From: Candidatus Latescibacterota bacterium
GTDB lineage: Bacteria; Latescibacterota; UBA2968; UBA8231
Reading direction: 5' to 3'
Length of the DNA: 64,000 nt
NCBI GenBank assembly: GCA_965200315.1
Contig: OZ241362.1
Coordinates: 2,976,001 to 3,040,000, forward strand
The notes below the pieces were generated by a model. That model was given only the letters and a program-made list of their open reading frames with translations, was not told the DNA's origin and made no database searches. The translations under genes were made by a program, and so were the position numbers. Positions 39,301 to 47,508 of this stretch are shown piece by piece. Each line of letters starts with the position of its first letter. The stretch's first letter is position 1.

Positions 39301-39409
39301 TGAAGAGTTGCTCAGAGAGCACTATGAGGCCGCCTCCGGGGAGACAGACGCAGACTCCAGCGCCGCTCCTCCGTGGATGCGCCGGAGAAACCGCGGAGGA
39401 GCGCGATAA
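36380..39409 (+). CDS. PQQ-dependent dehydrogenase (glucose/quinate type) fused to C-terminal ankyrin repeats
   Basis: Signal peptide, DWPYY..DQGGTRY, RGVSYW, ANVW, HHGLWDYD, GGADW, PMSY...RQYV; then GATLLH, GADPNA, GSTPLH, GADP ankyrin motifs. Confidence 0.85.
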   Translation: MSRRACGALLALLSFAFAAFASDVDWPYYAADQGGTRYTSADQINRDNFDQLRVIWRYRPRDQQIYETARANRSRDRGRGRGDRRRGGLSFDNNRGTPLAVKGVLYYGSPYNILSAVDGQSGEELWAFDPESWKASSTFVGNSRGVSYWTDGEVERVFLATSTAYLYSIDAKTGLPDPNFGEDGRVDLGALLRRPLSEEERRGYGVTAPPVVCRDVVAVGSAIMDVRFRPPPEYMPPGDVQAFDVRTGEKVWEFHTIPQEGEYGNETWESDAWEKYGAANVWATMTADEELGYLYLPVSTASHDYYGGERPGDNLFSESVVCLKAETGERVWHYQLVHHGLWDYDPPAAPLLLDVVVDGQPRKIVAQLTKQAFCFVFDRVTGEPIWPIEEKPVPQSQVAWEKTSPTQPFPTKPAPFERQGISEDDLIDFTPELREEAKALLARYDYGPLYTPPTEKGVLLVPGQAGGADWAGGAADPRTGVLYVPSHMAITNVELRPVRDLEAYSAFSARAGQHIRGPRGLPLVKPPYGSITAIDLNSGEHLWQKAVGKGPVDHPALKGLDDSTELAKDLPDMGWDNRTFVLATPNLLLATSEDPHGLADAGRDYFVDRDAYLRAYDLASGEEIGRVEMPSNAYGAPMSYVAGGRQYVVVPLGNRLGRSGRPPELVALAIPHEGEELPPQGRDRSDADHKAFYKAVEAMDAGGSETLQKLLTEYPKLATARGYFDEYYEYPYFRGATLLHHLAGEPQRVPLPENAVELATALISAGADPNAATYDSLSVLDMFIESDQLEWTESKPEMIQLLVTNGVDVNRDRGQILWNALRERDLELARMLVAEGAAVDLRFAAAVNRVDLMAEFFDADGQLKEGVGHLYHPDPDTVLTAEQIMVEALNFAAYSGSLEAAEFLLDRGVDINGVASGFSRFDRGSTPLHKTVLTDQLEIAQLLLARGADPLLGDRRFDVPPYGWANFMNTSEALEELLREHYEAASGETDADSSAAPPWMRRRNRGGAR

Positions 39410-39415
39410 AGCATC

Positions 39416-40624
39416 ATGGGCCAAAAGACAGAACCGTTCGATGAAAGGCTGCGCGAGTTGTTCGGCGCGGACGCCCGCAGCGAGGGGCCGCTGGCCGCCA
39501 GCGGTGCCGGGCGACGCTTCACGGGTATCGATCTGTGTCGCCCGCTCAATCCCGAGCAGGTCGCTTTTTTGCTGGCCGCCCTGAGCCAGTTTCGCATCGT
39601 CAGCATCGCCGGACAGGATTTGGAAGCCTTTTCTCTAGCCCACTTTGAGCGCTTCGCCAACCACTGGGGCGCGCCAGTGCCGCACCCCAACAACTTCATG
39701 CGCGGGGGTAAACCGGCCCAGCAAGATGGCGACAGCGACGGCCCTTTTGAATTGATTCCCTTTGAGCGTCGCACGGCCGCCGCGGTCAACGCCGCCTTCC
39801 CCGGCCAACTGCAATGCCTCCCTCACGAGTCGCCCGCGGTGCTGGTCGTGTCCAACTTTCGGGGAGAACGTAGTGCTGCACCTGTCGGAGTGACGCAGGG
39901 CGGCTCGTGGCACACGGACATTGAGTACGAGCCATGGCCGATCTACGTCTCGATGTTCCTCGCCCACAAGTCGCCGGTGGCGCGCGATGCCCCGGGCGGC
40001 AATTGGGTGCAGGCACCTGAGGATGGCAAGGCCCATCCGTACTACGAAGGATCGGACCGCGAACTCATGCAGCTACGCAAGCGCCTGCCGCTGAACGGCG
40101 AGACGGCCTTTGCCGACACGGCCGCGGCCTTCGCGGCGCTGCCGCCGACAGAGCAAGCGGCTCTGGAGCAAGTTCAGCTACGGCGGCGGTTGAACGAAGG
40201 CGACGCAGGCTGGCTCGCCCCGCTGGTGCGCACCAACCCGCGTTCTGGCATCAAGTCCCTGCACAGTCCAATTTGGGCGTCGCGGCCACAGGTGCGGCCG
40301 GTGGTTGAGGTGGAAGGGATGTCCGCGGAAGCATCGCGCGCGTTTCTCGACCGGCTCGAAGCACACGTGCTACAGCCGCAGTTCCGCTACGACCACCCGC
40401 ACGCGCCGGGTGATGTGACGCTGTGGGACAACTACATGACCCTGCACAATTCGCCGCCGATCAAGTCGAATATCAACTCGCTCGACGATGCTCGGCTGCT
40501 GTACCGCTTGAGTTGCAAAGGGGCGCCAGCCCTGTCGCTGCCACGACGCGATGAGCCGGAGTGGCTCGCCGCTCACATCCCCGGTGGCTATGCTACGCCC
40601 CCGGAGATCATCGATCTCGCATAA
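39416..40624 (+). CDS. TauD/TfdA family Fe(II)/2-oxoglutarate dioxygenase
   Basis: WHTD, GETAFAD, PLVRTNP, WDNYMTLH, LYR. Confidence 0.85.
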   Translation: MGQKTEPFDERLRELFGADARSEGPLAASGAGRRFTGIDLCRPLNPEQVAFLLAALSQFRIVSIAGQDLEAFSLAHFERFANHWGAPVPHPNNFMRGGKPAQQDGDSDGPFELIPFERRTAAAVNAAFPGQLQCLPHESPAVLVVSNFRGERSAAPVGVTQGGSWHTDIEYEPWPIYVSMFLAHKSPVARDAPGGNWVQAPEDGKAHPYYEGSDRELMQLRKRLPLNGETAFADTAAAFAALPPTEQAALEQVQLRRRLNEGDAGWLAPLVRTNPRSGIKSLHSPIWASRPQVRPVVEVEGMSAEASRAFLDRLEAHVLQPQFRYDHPHAPGDVTLWDNYMTLHNSPPIKSNINSLDDARLLYRLSCKGAPALSLPRRDEPEWLAAHIPGGYATPPEIIDLA

Positions 40625-40648
40625 GATTTTAACGCCGCTGGCCTAGGT

Positions 40649-41602
40649 TCAGTCTAGGTTGGCCTCGACGATTTCGGCATGAACTTGGAAGATATGGCTG
40701 TCGGCTGGATCGACGATCACCCGCAGATAGTGGATGTCGGGCGTACCAAAGGGTTCGATGCGCGTGAAGCGCGTCAAGCGCTGGCCCGTGGCCGCTTGGC
40801 GCAGCGGCTTGTCCACGCGGAAATAGTGGGAGTCGCCGTGGGCTAGGGCCACCGGCCGGCCAAAGCGGACGACTTCTCGCTCTAGGGCCTGCAAAAAAGC
40901 CGCGTACGGCCCTTCCGGCTTGTCCTCCCTTTCTTCAAAGCGCGGATTGGCGTGGATGATGAGGAAGACGGCGCGATGATCCTGTTCCGCAGCTTGGGCG
41001 AATGTTTCGCGCATCCAAGCAATGGCGGCGGCGGTGCGACGTTTGACTTCCTCGTCGTTGGCCCGCGTGCGGCCCTTAAACTTGGCGGTGGCATTGCGAC
41101 TGCCGACGATGTGCAGCACGGCAAAGCTCGTCCGCCCGTGGGTCCAGCGCACGTGCTCGGGGAAGGTGCCCACTTGGGTGTCGACGCGCATGGGTTGCCG
41201 CCCCAGAGTCCAACCCGGACGCGAAAAAAAGAGTGCCCGTACGTGCGCCAGCCGGTCCAATGGCTGGTATCCGCTCCGGTGGCAGTCGGTCCAATCGTTA
41301 TCGCCCGGAGCCAAAATAAAAGGGCGTTCAAATTGCTGGAACCACTCGAAGCGGCTCTGTAGCAGGCCATCGCTACAGGGGTTGCTGCCGCCCTTGATAT
41401 CGCCCACGTGGATGACCCATTCCAAGCCCTCGGCCCGATTGATTTCCTCGACGAGCCGACCAAAGCGGACGCTGTCGGTCGGAGAGTACGGCATATCCCC
41501 GATCAGGGCGAAGGCGAAGGGGCCATCGGCGGGTGGGTTTTGGGCGCTGGCGACGTCTAGCAGCGCGACGATTAGGGATAGACTCAGAAGATACCGGGCC
41601 AT
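40649..41602 (-). CDS. Exported calcineurin-like metallophosphoesterase
   Basis: GDMPY, HVGDIK, PGDNDWTDC, HGDSH; signal peptide from ATG 41602. Confidence 0.85.
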   Translation of the reverse strand: MARYLLSLSLIVALLDVASAQNPPADGPFAFALIGDMPYSPTDSVRFGRLVEEINRAEGLEWVIHVGDIKGGSNPCSDGLLQSRFEWFQQFERPFILAPGDNDWTDCHRSGYQPLDRLAHVRALFFSRPGWTLGRQPMRVDTQVGTFPEHVRWTHGRTSFAVLHIVGSRNATAKFKGRTRANDEEVKRRTAAAIAWMRETFAQAAEQDHRAVFLIIHANPRFEEREDKPEGPYAAFLQALEREVVRFGRPVALAHGDSHYFRVDKPLRQAATGQRLTRFTRIEPFGTPDIHYLRVIVDPADSHIFQVHAEIVEANLD

Positions 41603-41758
41603 ACATTTCCTCCAGATAGTTGCAGCGAGCCGCTTGATGTTGGTTTTCTTAGGCGTAAGCGAACTAAAAAATAAAGGTAGTTTTGGTAACAATGTTAAGG
41701 AGCGGCTGTTCCACCTGATTAGCAAAATCGACCACTTTCAAGGAAAGACCGCAAAGCC

Positions 41759-42355
41759 ATGAATACACTCGTAGATCCCTCCCTAGCCAAAGAATTGGCC
41801 GAGGGTACACCAACCCAGAAAGTCGATGCTTTGTTCGCGTACATGGAACGGCGGGGCCAGTCCTTTTACGACGAAGTCGTGACCCAGCTCGAACACGCCC
41901 TGCAATGCGCCCACCAAGCCCAACAGGCCGGGGCTGATTCGGTGCAAGTGGCAGCGGCCCTGCTGCACGACCTCGGTCATTTCCTAGTCGATGAGCACAG
42001 CGAAGAGGCCGATTTCCTCACCGAGGATTTACTGCACGAAAAAGTGGGAGCTGAGTACTTGGAGCCCTTTTTCATAGACGCAGTGACCGAGCCGGTTGGG
42101 CTGCACGTGCCGGCCAAGCGCTATATCTGCACCGTGGATAGGTCTTATTACCAGACCTTGTCTCGGGCGTCCAAGCGGAGTTTTGAGTTGCAGGGCGGCT
42201 TCATGTCGGCCGCAGAAAAGGCGGAGTTTGAACAGAATCCCCACTGGGAAAATGCCGTGCGGTTGCGCAAGTGGGACGACTTGGCCAAGGAGAAGGACCT
42301 AAAGATGCCGGGCTTGGAGAGCTATCGGGCGGCCGTGCAGGGGTGTTTGAAGTAA
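41759..42355 (+). CDS. HD-domain protein, PhnZ/TmpB-like diiron oxygenase
   Basis: VTQLEHALQ, LLHDLGH, HEKVGA, LHVPAKRY, SFELQGG, LRKWDDLAK. Confidence 0.8.
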   Translation: MNTLVDPSLAKELAEGTPTQKVDALFAYMERRGQSFYDEVVTQLEHALQCAHQAQQAGADSVQVAAALLHDLGHFLVDEHSEEADFLTEDLLHEKVGAEYLEPFFIDAVTEPVGLHVPAKRYICTVDRSYYQTLSRASKRSFELQGGFMSAAEKAEFEQNPHWENAVRLRKWDDLAKEKDLKMPGLESYRAAVQGCLK

Positions 42356-42374
42356 TCGCAGATCATGCCCTAAC

Positions 42375-45300
42375 TCATTTGATCAACGACACCTTGCGCT
42401 CCTGCACCATATCGCCCGTCTGCAAGCGCACAAGGTACACCCCGCTGGCGTTCTTGCCAGCGTCCCAGTGCATCCGGTAAGACCCTGGTTCCCGCCACGC
42501 CGCTACCAGCGTTTTCACCCGCTGTCCAGTCGGGCCGAAAACTTCCAGCCGCACCTTGCCGGCCTGCCCCACGCTAAAATTGATATGCACCCGGCTGTTG
42601 AATGGGTTGGGATAAGGCAGATGTAGCTCCGCTTTTTGCGGCGTACTCTCCCCAGCTTGTAAGGCAGTGGCTGCGTCCTTCCCCACAAACACCTTTACGT
42701 AGCCGTCCGTAGTCGTCACCACCACATCCAAAAAGCCGTCTCTATCCACGTCGGCTAGGGCGATATCGCTGCTGCGACCCTCCACCTCGAGGGTCCAAGC
42801 CCGGCGCAAGGTGCCTTCTTCCTGTTCCACGCAGATCAACTTGGTGCCGCTGCCAAACAGGAACTCGTCGCGCCCATCGCCGTCCACATCGCCGGAGACC
42901 ACATCCGTATGGGCCCGCACTCCATCGTCGAATTCCAGCAAAACCGCGCCGTCCGTCGCTTGGAAAAGGCGCATGCCCTCGGCGGTGGAAGCTAGTAATT
43001 CGACGGTGCCATCGCCATTGCTGTCGCCCACTCCCATCAGCGATCGCACTTCCGTATTGTTGCGGTACGGAGTCTGCCAGATGCGCTCGCCATCGCCGTC
43101 CAGAACGGCGCTCAAATAGCTGCAGTGCCCCCAGAGGAGTTCCGGCTGGCTGTCGCCGAACAGATCGACCACCGCCGGAAACGCATAGCCGACAAAGGAA
43201 TCGCTCTCAAACAGCGGATTGAGTCCGTTGGTGTATCCATAAGCCTGACGCACCACCTGCGCCGTGCCCGTGACCCCATCGACAATGTGCAGCCGGTCGG
43301 GCCACATCACCACGATTTCTTCTAGGCCGTCGCCATCCACATCCCCCGCCGCGCTGGGATGCCCCCCCAGACTGCGGCCGCTGCCGTCCTCGGGCAGGGT
43401 GAAACCATTGGATTCCCAAACGATTTCGCCGCTGCGCCCATCGAGCAAAAAGCCCACTTCGCTGCCCAACTTGCCGCGCCGCAAACTGGCGAATACATCC
43501 ATGTACTCGTTGCTGCGGAAATACCCGACGCTCCAGTAGGACAGGCCGCTGAAGTTCCATATCGGCATACTGCCGTCAAAGCCGACGAACTCGGTTTGCC
43601 AACGGACGGAGCCATCGGCCGCGAGCGCGACTAAGCTGGCGTTGCCACTGGCCGCCTCACGCGCTGCGAGCACTTCTCGTTGGCCGTCGGCATCCACGTC
43701 GGCGGCAACGACTCCCCAGTGGTAGGGCGCGTTGTTGGTCTGGCCGTAGCCCGGCACCTGCCACCGCAATCGGGGCTCGCCCCCGCCCTCCCCCGCAAAT
43801 TGCAGACACAGCACTTCCCGAGTCGCGGTCTGCACGATCACTTCCACCCGGCCATCCCCCTCCAGATCGGCCACTATCGGCGTACCGGCCGGGGTAAATG
43901 CTTGGCGGCTCCACTGGTGCAGCACGCCCGACGCCTGCTCCAGCATCAGTGCTTGATTAGGGAGCCCACTCCCCTTCAGATACAGCAAGGCCGCTCCATT
44001 GTCCGCTACCCTTGCCGTCTCCAAGGCCGTCCCGGCCGGACCGCGCACCGACCAGCGCGGTCCGATGCGTCCCGCGCTGTCGCTACCCAAAGCGACCAAC
44101 ACTTCGCCTGCCTCGTCCGGCGCGAGGGCAAAGAAATCGCGTCGTCCATCGCCATCCACATCGCCGGTCGAAACCGTGCGCAATCCGTCGGCAGCCCCGG
44201 TGCTCACCGTCAAGGGCAATTGATTTAGCAATACCGTGCTGAAGCGCCCCCGATCGTGGCTCCAGCGCACGGTTGCCGCCCCCGCCTCTAAGGACCAGAC
44301 CGCCAGCGGCGCATAGGTCGGCAGGGCCTCGCCAGCCGTGGCCGAGACGAACAGCTCCAAGCGGCCATCGCCGTCCACATCGGCCATACCGTGCAAATGG
44401 TGCTGTGGGAAATCAAAGCTGGTCTCGCCGCTGAGCGCATCAACGCCGACGATGTGCCACTGGCCATCGCCTTGGTCGTTATAAATGCTATACACCAACT
44501 CGAAGCGGCCATCGCCATCCACATCGACTAGGGCCTGCGGTTTGGGCCGCACCACCTTGGTCGATTGCGCTGGATCGGGCTGAATGTCGCGCAGCCAGCG
44601 CAGCGTCAATTCCGTGCCGTCGTTGTCAATGACCTCGGCGTGCATGCTGAAATCGGCCACTACGCCGAATTCGGGATACGGATCGTCGTCGATATTGGCG
44701 GCCCCGAACCATCCATAGTTGCGATACCCGTGGTACTGCAACTGCATCTTGGTCTCCCCGGTGGCCCCGTCGAAAACGAGGATGCGGTAGTGGGTGGCTA
44801 CGACGATATCGAGCTGGCCATCTACATCGACGTCAATCACGAGAACATTGGGGTCCCAAGTATTGGTAAAGGATTCGGTTTCCCACACGACCCGGGGTTC
44901 GCCGCTGTCGTATGCGAGCAGTTGGCCTTGCTTGGGCTCGGCCCCGCCGTCGCTGAACGAGTTTCCCATCTCAAAGCGCTGCAAGCCCTCTACCCCGGGC
45001 AGGATCTGGGCCACTTTGAAGACATTGTCCAGCGGCATGACCACCTCGACGCCGCCGAGGTCAAAAATCTGTGTCCCAATCCCCCAGGCCCGCCCTTGGG
45101 TGCCGATGTACTCGGGAGCTACCGGGGCGGCAAAAGGCAAGGCCCCCGAGGCGTGGCCCTCGTGCTGGGCCACTTCCACATAGCCCTCCCAGGCAGCGAT
45201 GTCGTAGCGCCAGCGTTCTTGCGGCGGGCCGTGGTGCATTTGACCGGCCCCCGAGGCCCGGCCGCTCATGTGGCGGTCGCCGCGCAATTGCAGCCATTCG

Positions 45301-45398
45301 CTCGTTTGCCCGTGCGCCCCGCCCACCAGCATCAGCAATAGCAAGACCATGGCCGACGCATGCGCTCTACTGCCGTTGGAAAACCTGTCATTGGCCAT
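42375..45398 (-). CDS. Secreted FG-GAP/VCBS repeat protein with C-terminal FlgD/T9SS-like sorting domain
   Basis: Many DVDGDG repeats; C-terminus YPNPFNS...ASGVYLVRL...RKVSLIK; likely start MANDRFS at 45398. Confidence 0.8.
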   Translation of the reverse strand: MANDRFSNGSRAHASAMVLLLLMLVGGAHGQTSEWLQLRGDRHMSGRASGAGQMHHGPPQERWRYDIAAWEGYVEVAQHEGHASGALPFAAPVAPEYIGTQGRAWGIGTQIFDLGGVEVVMPLDNVFKVAQILPGVEGLQRFEMGNSFSDGGAEPKQGQLLAYDSGEPRVVWETESFTNTWDPNVLVIDVDVDGQLDIVVATHYRILVFDGATGETKMQLQYHGYRNYGWFGAANIDDDPYPEFGVVADFSMHAEVIDNDGTELTLRWLRDIQPDPAQSTKVVRPKPQALVDVDGDGRFELVYSIYNDQGDGQWHIVGVDALSGETSFDFPQHHLHGMADVDGDGRLELFVSATAGEALPTYAPLAVWSLEAGAATVRWSHDRGRFSTVLLNQLPLTVSTGAADGLRTVSTGDVDGDGRRDFFALAPDEAGEVLVALGSDSAGRIGPRWSVRGPAGTALETARVADNGAALLYLKGSGLPNQALMLEQASGVLHQWSRQAFTPAGTPIVADLEGDGRVEVIVQTATREVLCLQFAGEGGGEPRLRWQVPGYGQTNNAPYHWGVVAADVDADGQREVLAAREAASGNASLVALAADGSVRWQTEFVGFDGSMPIWNFSGLSYWSVGYFRSNEYMDVFASLRRGKLGSEVGFLLDGRSGEIVWESNGFTLPEDGSGRSLGGHPSAAGDVDGDGLEEIVVMWPDRLHIVDGVTGTAQVVRQAYGYTNGLNPLFESDSFVGYAFPAVVDLFGDSQPELLWGHCSYLSAVLDGDGERIWQTPYRNNTEVRSLMGVGDSNGDGTVELLASTAEGMRLFQATDGAVLLEFDDGVRAHTDVVSGDVDGDGRDEFLFGSGTKLICVEQEEGTLRRAWTLEVEGRSSDIALADVDRDGFLDVVVTTTDGYVKVFVGKDAATALQAGESTPQKAELHLPYPNPFNSRVHINFSVGQAGKVRLEVFGPTGQRVKTLVAAWREPGSYRMHWDAGKNASGVYLVRLQTGDMVQERKVSLIK

Positions 45399-45473
45399 AG
45401 CATTTCCTAGGTATAGCCATGAAACTGCAATCATAGAGACCAGAAACCATGCAAGTCAATCTGCAACGGCTGC
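45357..45473 (-). repeat. Duplicated promoter/5'-UTR/leader module (copy A)
   Basis: Clearly alignable to 49165-49282; contains TTGACT-18-TATGAT and the first about 14 codons. Confidence 0.75.
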
Positions 45474-45583
45474 GCCGCGATGGCGACTTAATTCTGAAAT
45501 GCACTGGCCGCCTTTGATGCCTCGTGCAGCAGCCGGAGCGCCTGCGGTTATGCGGAGCCGAGATCAATCATCCTTCTCTTTGG

Positions 45584-47065
45584 TCATCTCGCTGCTTTGA
45601 GCCCTAGGAGCACCAGTAGCCACGTCTTGTGCCAGTAGGCACTGTTGATATAAGGGTTTTCTTCCGAAGGCCAGTTGGTCCAGTAGGTCTGGTTGTGGGG
45701 AATTCGATGGTACCACTGGACTAGAGGGATGGCGGGCAACTCGCGCAACCAGATGTCCATGGCGGCGCGAAACAGCTCCGCCAGTTTCGGATCATCTGGC
45801 GGTGTGCGTCCCATGCGGTCCACCAGTTGATCGAACTCGGCATTGCGCCAGCGCCAGTAGCGCTCGGAGTGGGTTCCGGTGGGTTGGACGTAGCGGCTGT
45901 GAAAAAAATTGAGCGTGAAGTAGGGATCGCGAATGGAACCGACGCTTCCCATCATAAAGGCCCTTGCAGTTCCCTGCGCCATGCGCGTTATGCTATCGGC
46001 TGTCATGCGCGAGCTTGCATCGAACCCGGCGCGCCTGAGTTGTGCCACTAGTACCGGTGCCAGATCTTGATGCACGGTGCCGATGTCAATGGGGATCTTG
46101 AAGCGAGCACCGCCCTGCGCCCAGAATCCGTTCTCATCCCGTCTCCATCCCTTGGCCCTCATTATAGCAGCCGTCCGAGCCGTGTCGTAAGTCGCCACGC
46201 CGTACTTTTCCACTAGCGGCGCGACCTCGTTGAGGTATGGTCGCAGCGCCGGGAAACTGGGAAAGGGCAGAAAATTCGCTTTCCCGGCTGCCTGCCAGCC
46301 AACTTCCACCAGCTCCTCGCGGTTGATGGCGTGATTGATGGCGTGGCGGATCTGCGCATCGCTGAAGGGCTCCTCTAGGTTGTTGAACCCGAGGTTGACC
46401 GGCCACCAATCGACATACCCATAGGGCAGCGCGTCACCTGTCCAGGAAACGATGTTGGCATTCTCATCGAGGGCCGTCTTGATATTGGGGGGGCGCAGGT
46501 CCAGAGAGATGTCGATGTCGTTGCTGATTAAGGCCTGAACTCGCTTGGCCTCGTCCATATAGGGGAGAAAGATGAGTTGCTCGACTTCGGGCAAGGCGCG
46601 GAAGCCGATCGCGGCCGCCCACCAGTCATCTCTCCGGGCGAGAATGCGCTGCTGCGGAACCGACAGACTGAGGCGATAGGGACCGCTGACTACCGGCTGT
46701 CCCGCGCCACAGCAATTCTCAAAGGTTTTGGGATCTTCGCCCTCCCAGACGTGCTTGGGAACAACCACGATCCCGTTGAAGAAGCAGTTTGTCAGATAGT
46801 TGAATACAAAGCGCGGGTTGGGCTGCTTGAGCACGAACCGCGCTGTCAGCTCGTCTTCTACCTCCACGCGCTCAACCGAGGTCTCCATGTCGGTGGACAG
46901 AAACAGTTCGGGGGCATTCTCCTTGAGGGTTGCGACCGTATAGGCCAAATCCGCGGCGGTCCACGGCGTGCCGTCGCTCCACGTTACACCCGGCCGGATG
47001 TGAACCGTGACCTGCGTGAAATCGTGGTTGTACTCGTGTCCGGTGGCGATCCATGGGATGAGCGC
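45584..47065 (-). pseudogene. ABC peptide-type substrate-binding protein (family 5), 5'-truncated
   Basis: Frame extends upstream of TTG 46948 as LIPWIATGHEYNHDFTQVTVHIRPGVTWSDGTPWTAADLAYT, then loses similarity; no start or signal peptide. Confidence 0.7.
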
Positions 47066-47508
47066 CCTCTCTCGTGGTCGGGGTCGAGTTTTAGGCTATG
47101 CTGCAACAATTCCTTGGCCTCCAGCGCCTTCCCCTGCTTTTCGTAGAGAAGCCAGCCGAGCCTGGCCAAGGGATCCGCTAGGGTTGGATCCAGCTCTGCT
47201 GCTCTGCGAAAGCGGCCCTCGGCCTCTGCAAAGCGGCTGAGCTCCACTAGGGCTGCGCCGAGCAAATTGTTGAGTTGGGCGTGATCAGGGGCGACCTCCA
47301 AGGCTTCTCTGAGGATTCGTTCCGCTTCCTCGGGCTGCCGCACATTGAGCAGATCATGCGCCTTGTCGATGGCCGCCGCTGCAGCAAGGGGGGCCGTTCC
47401 AACCTCCGCAGTCTGAGGGGCGGGCTGTTCTTCTTGGTGGCTGCAGCCAGCTAAAACGAGGATCATCTTGAATAACAGCAAGGTGCCTAGCGGTTGTCGT
47501 CGCCTCAT
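46984..47508 (-). CDS. TPR lipoprotein, 3'-truncated by a junction with the SBP gene
   Basis: Lipobox LAGC, about 3 TPR motifs, then an out-of-frame tail after about 47065. Confidence 0.6.
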   Translation of the reverse strand: MRRRQPLGTLLLFKMILVLAGCSHQEEQPAPQTAEVGTAPLAAAAAIDKAHDLLNVRQPEEAERILREALEVAPDHAQLNNLLGAALVELSRFAEAEGRFRRAAELDPTLADPLARLGWLLYEKQGKALEAKELLQHSLKLDPDHERGRSSHGSPPDTSTTTISRRSRFTSGRV

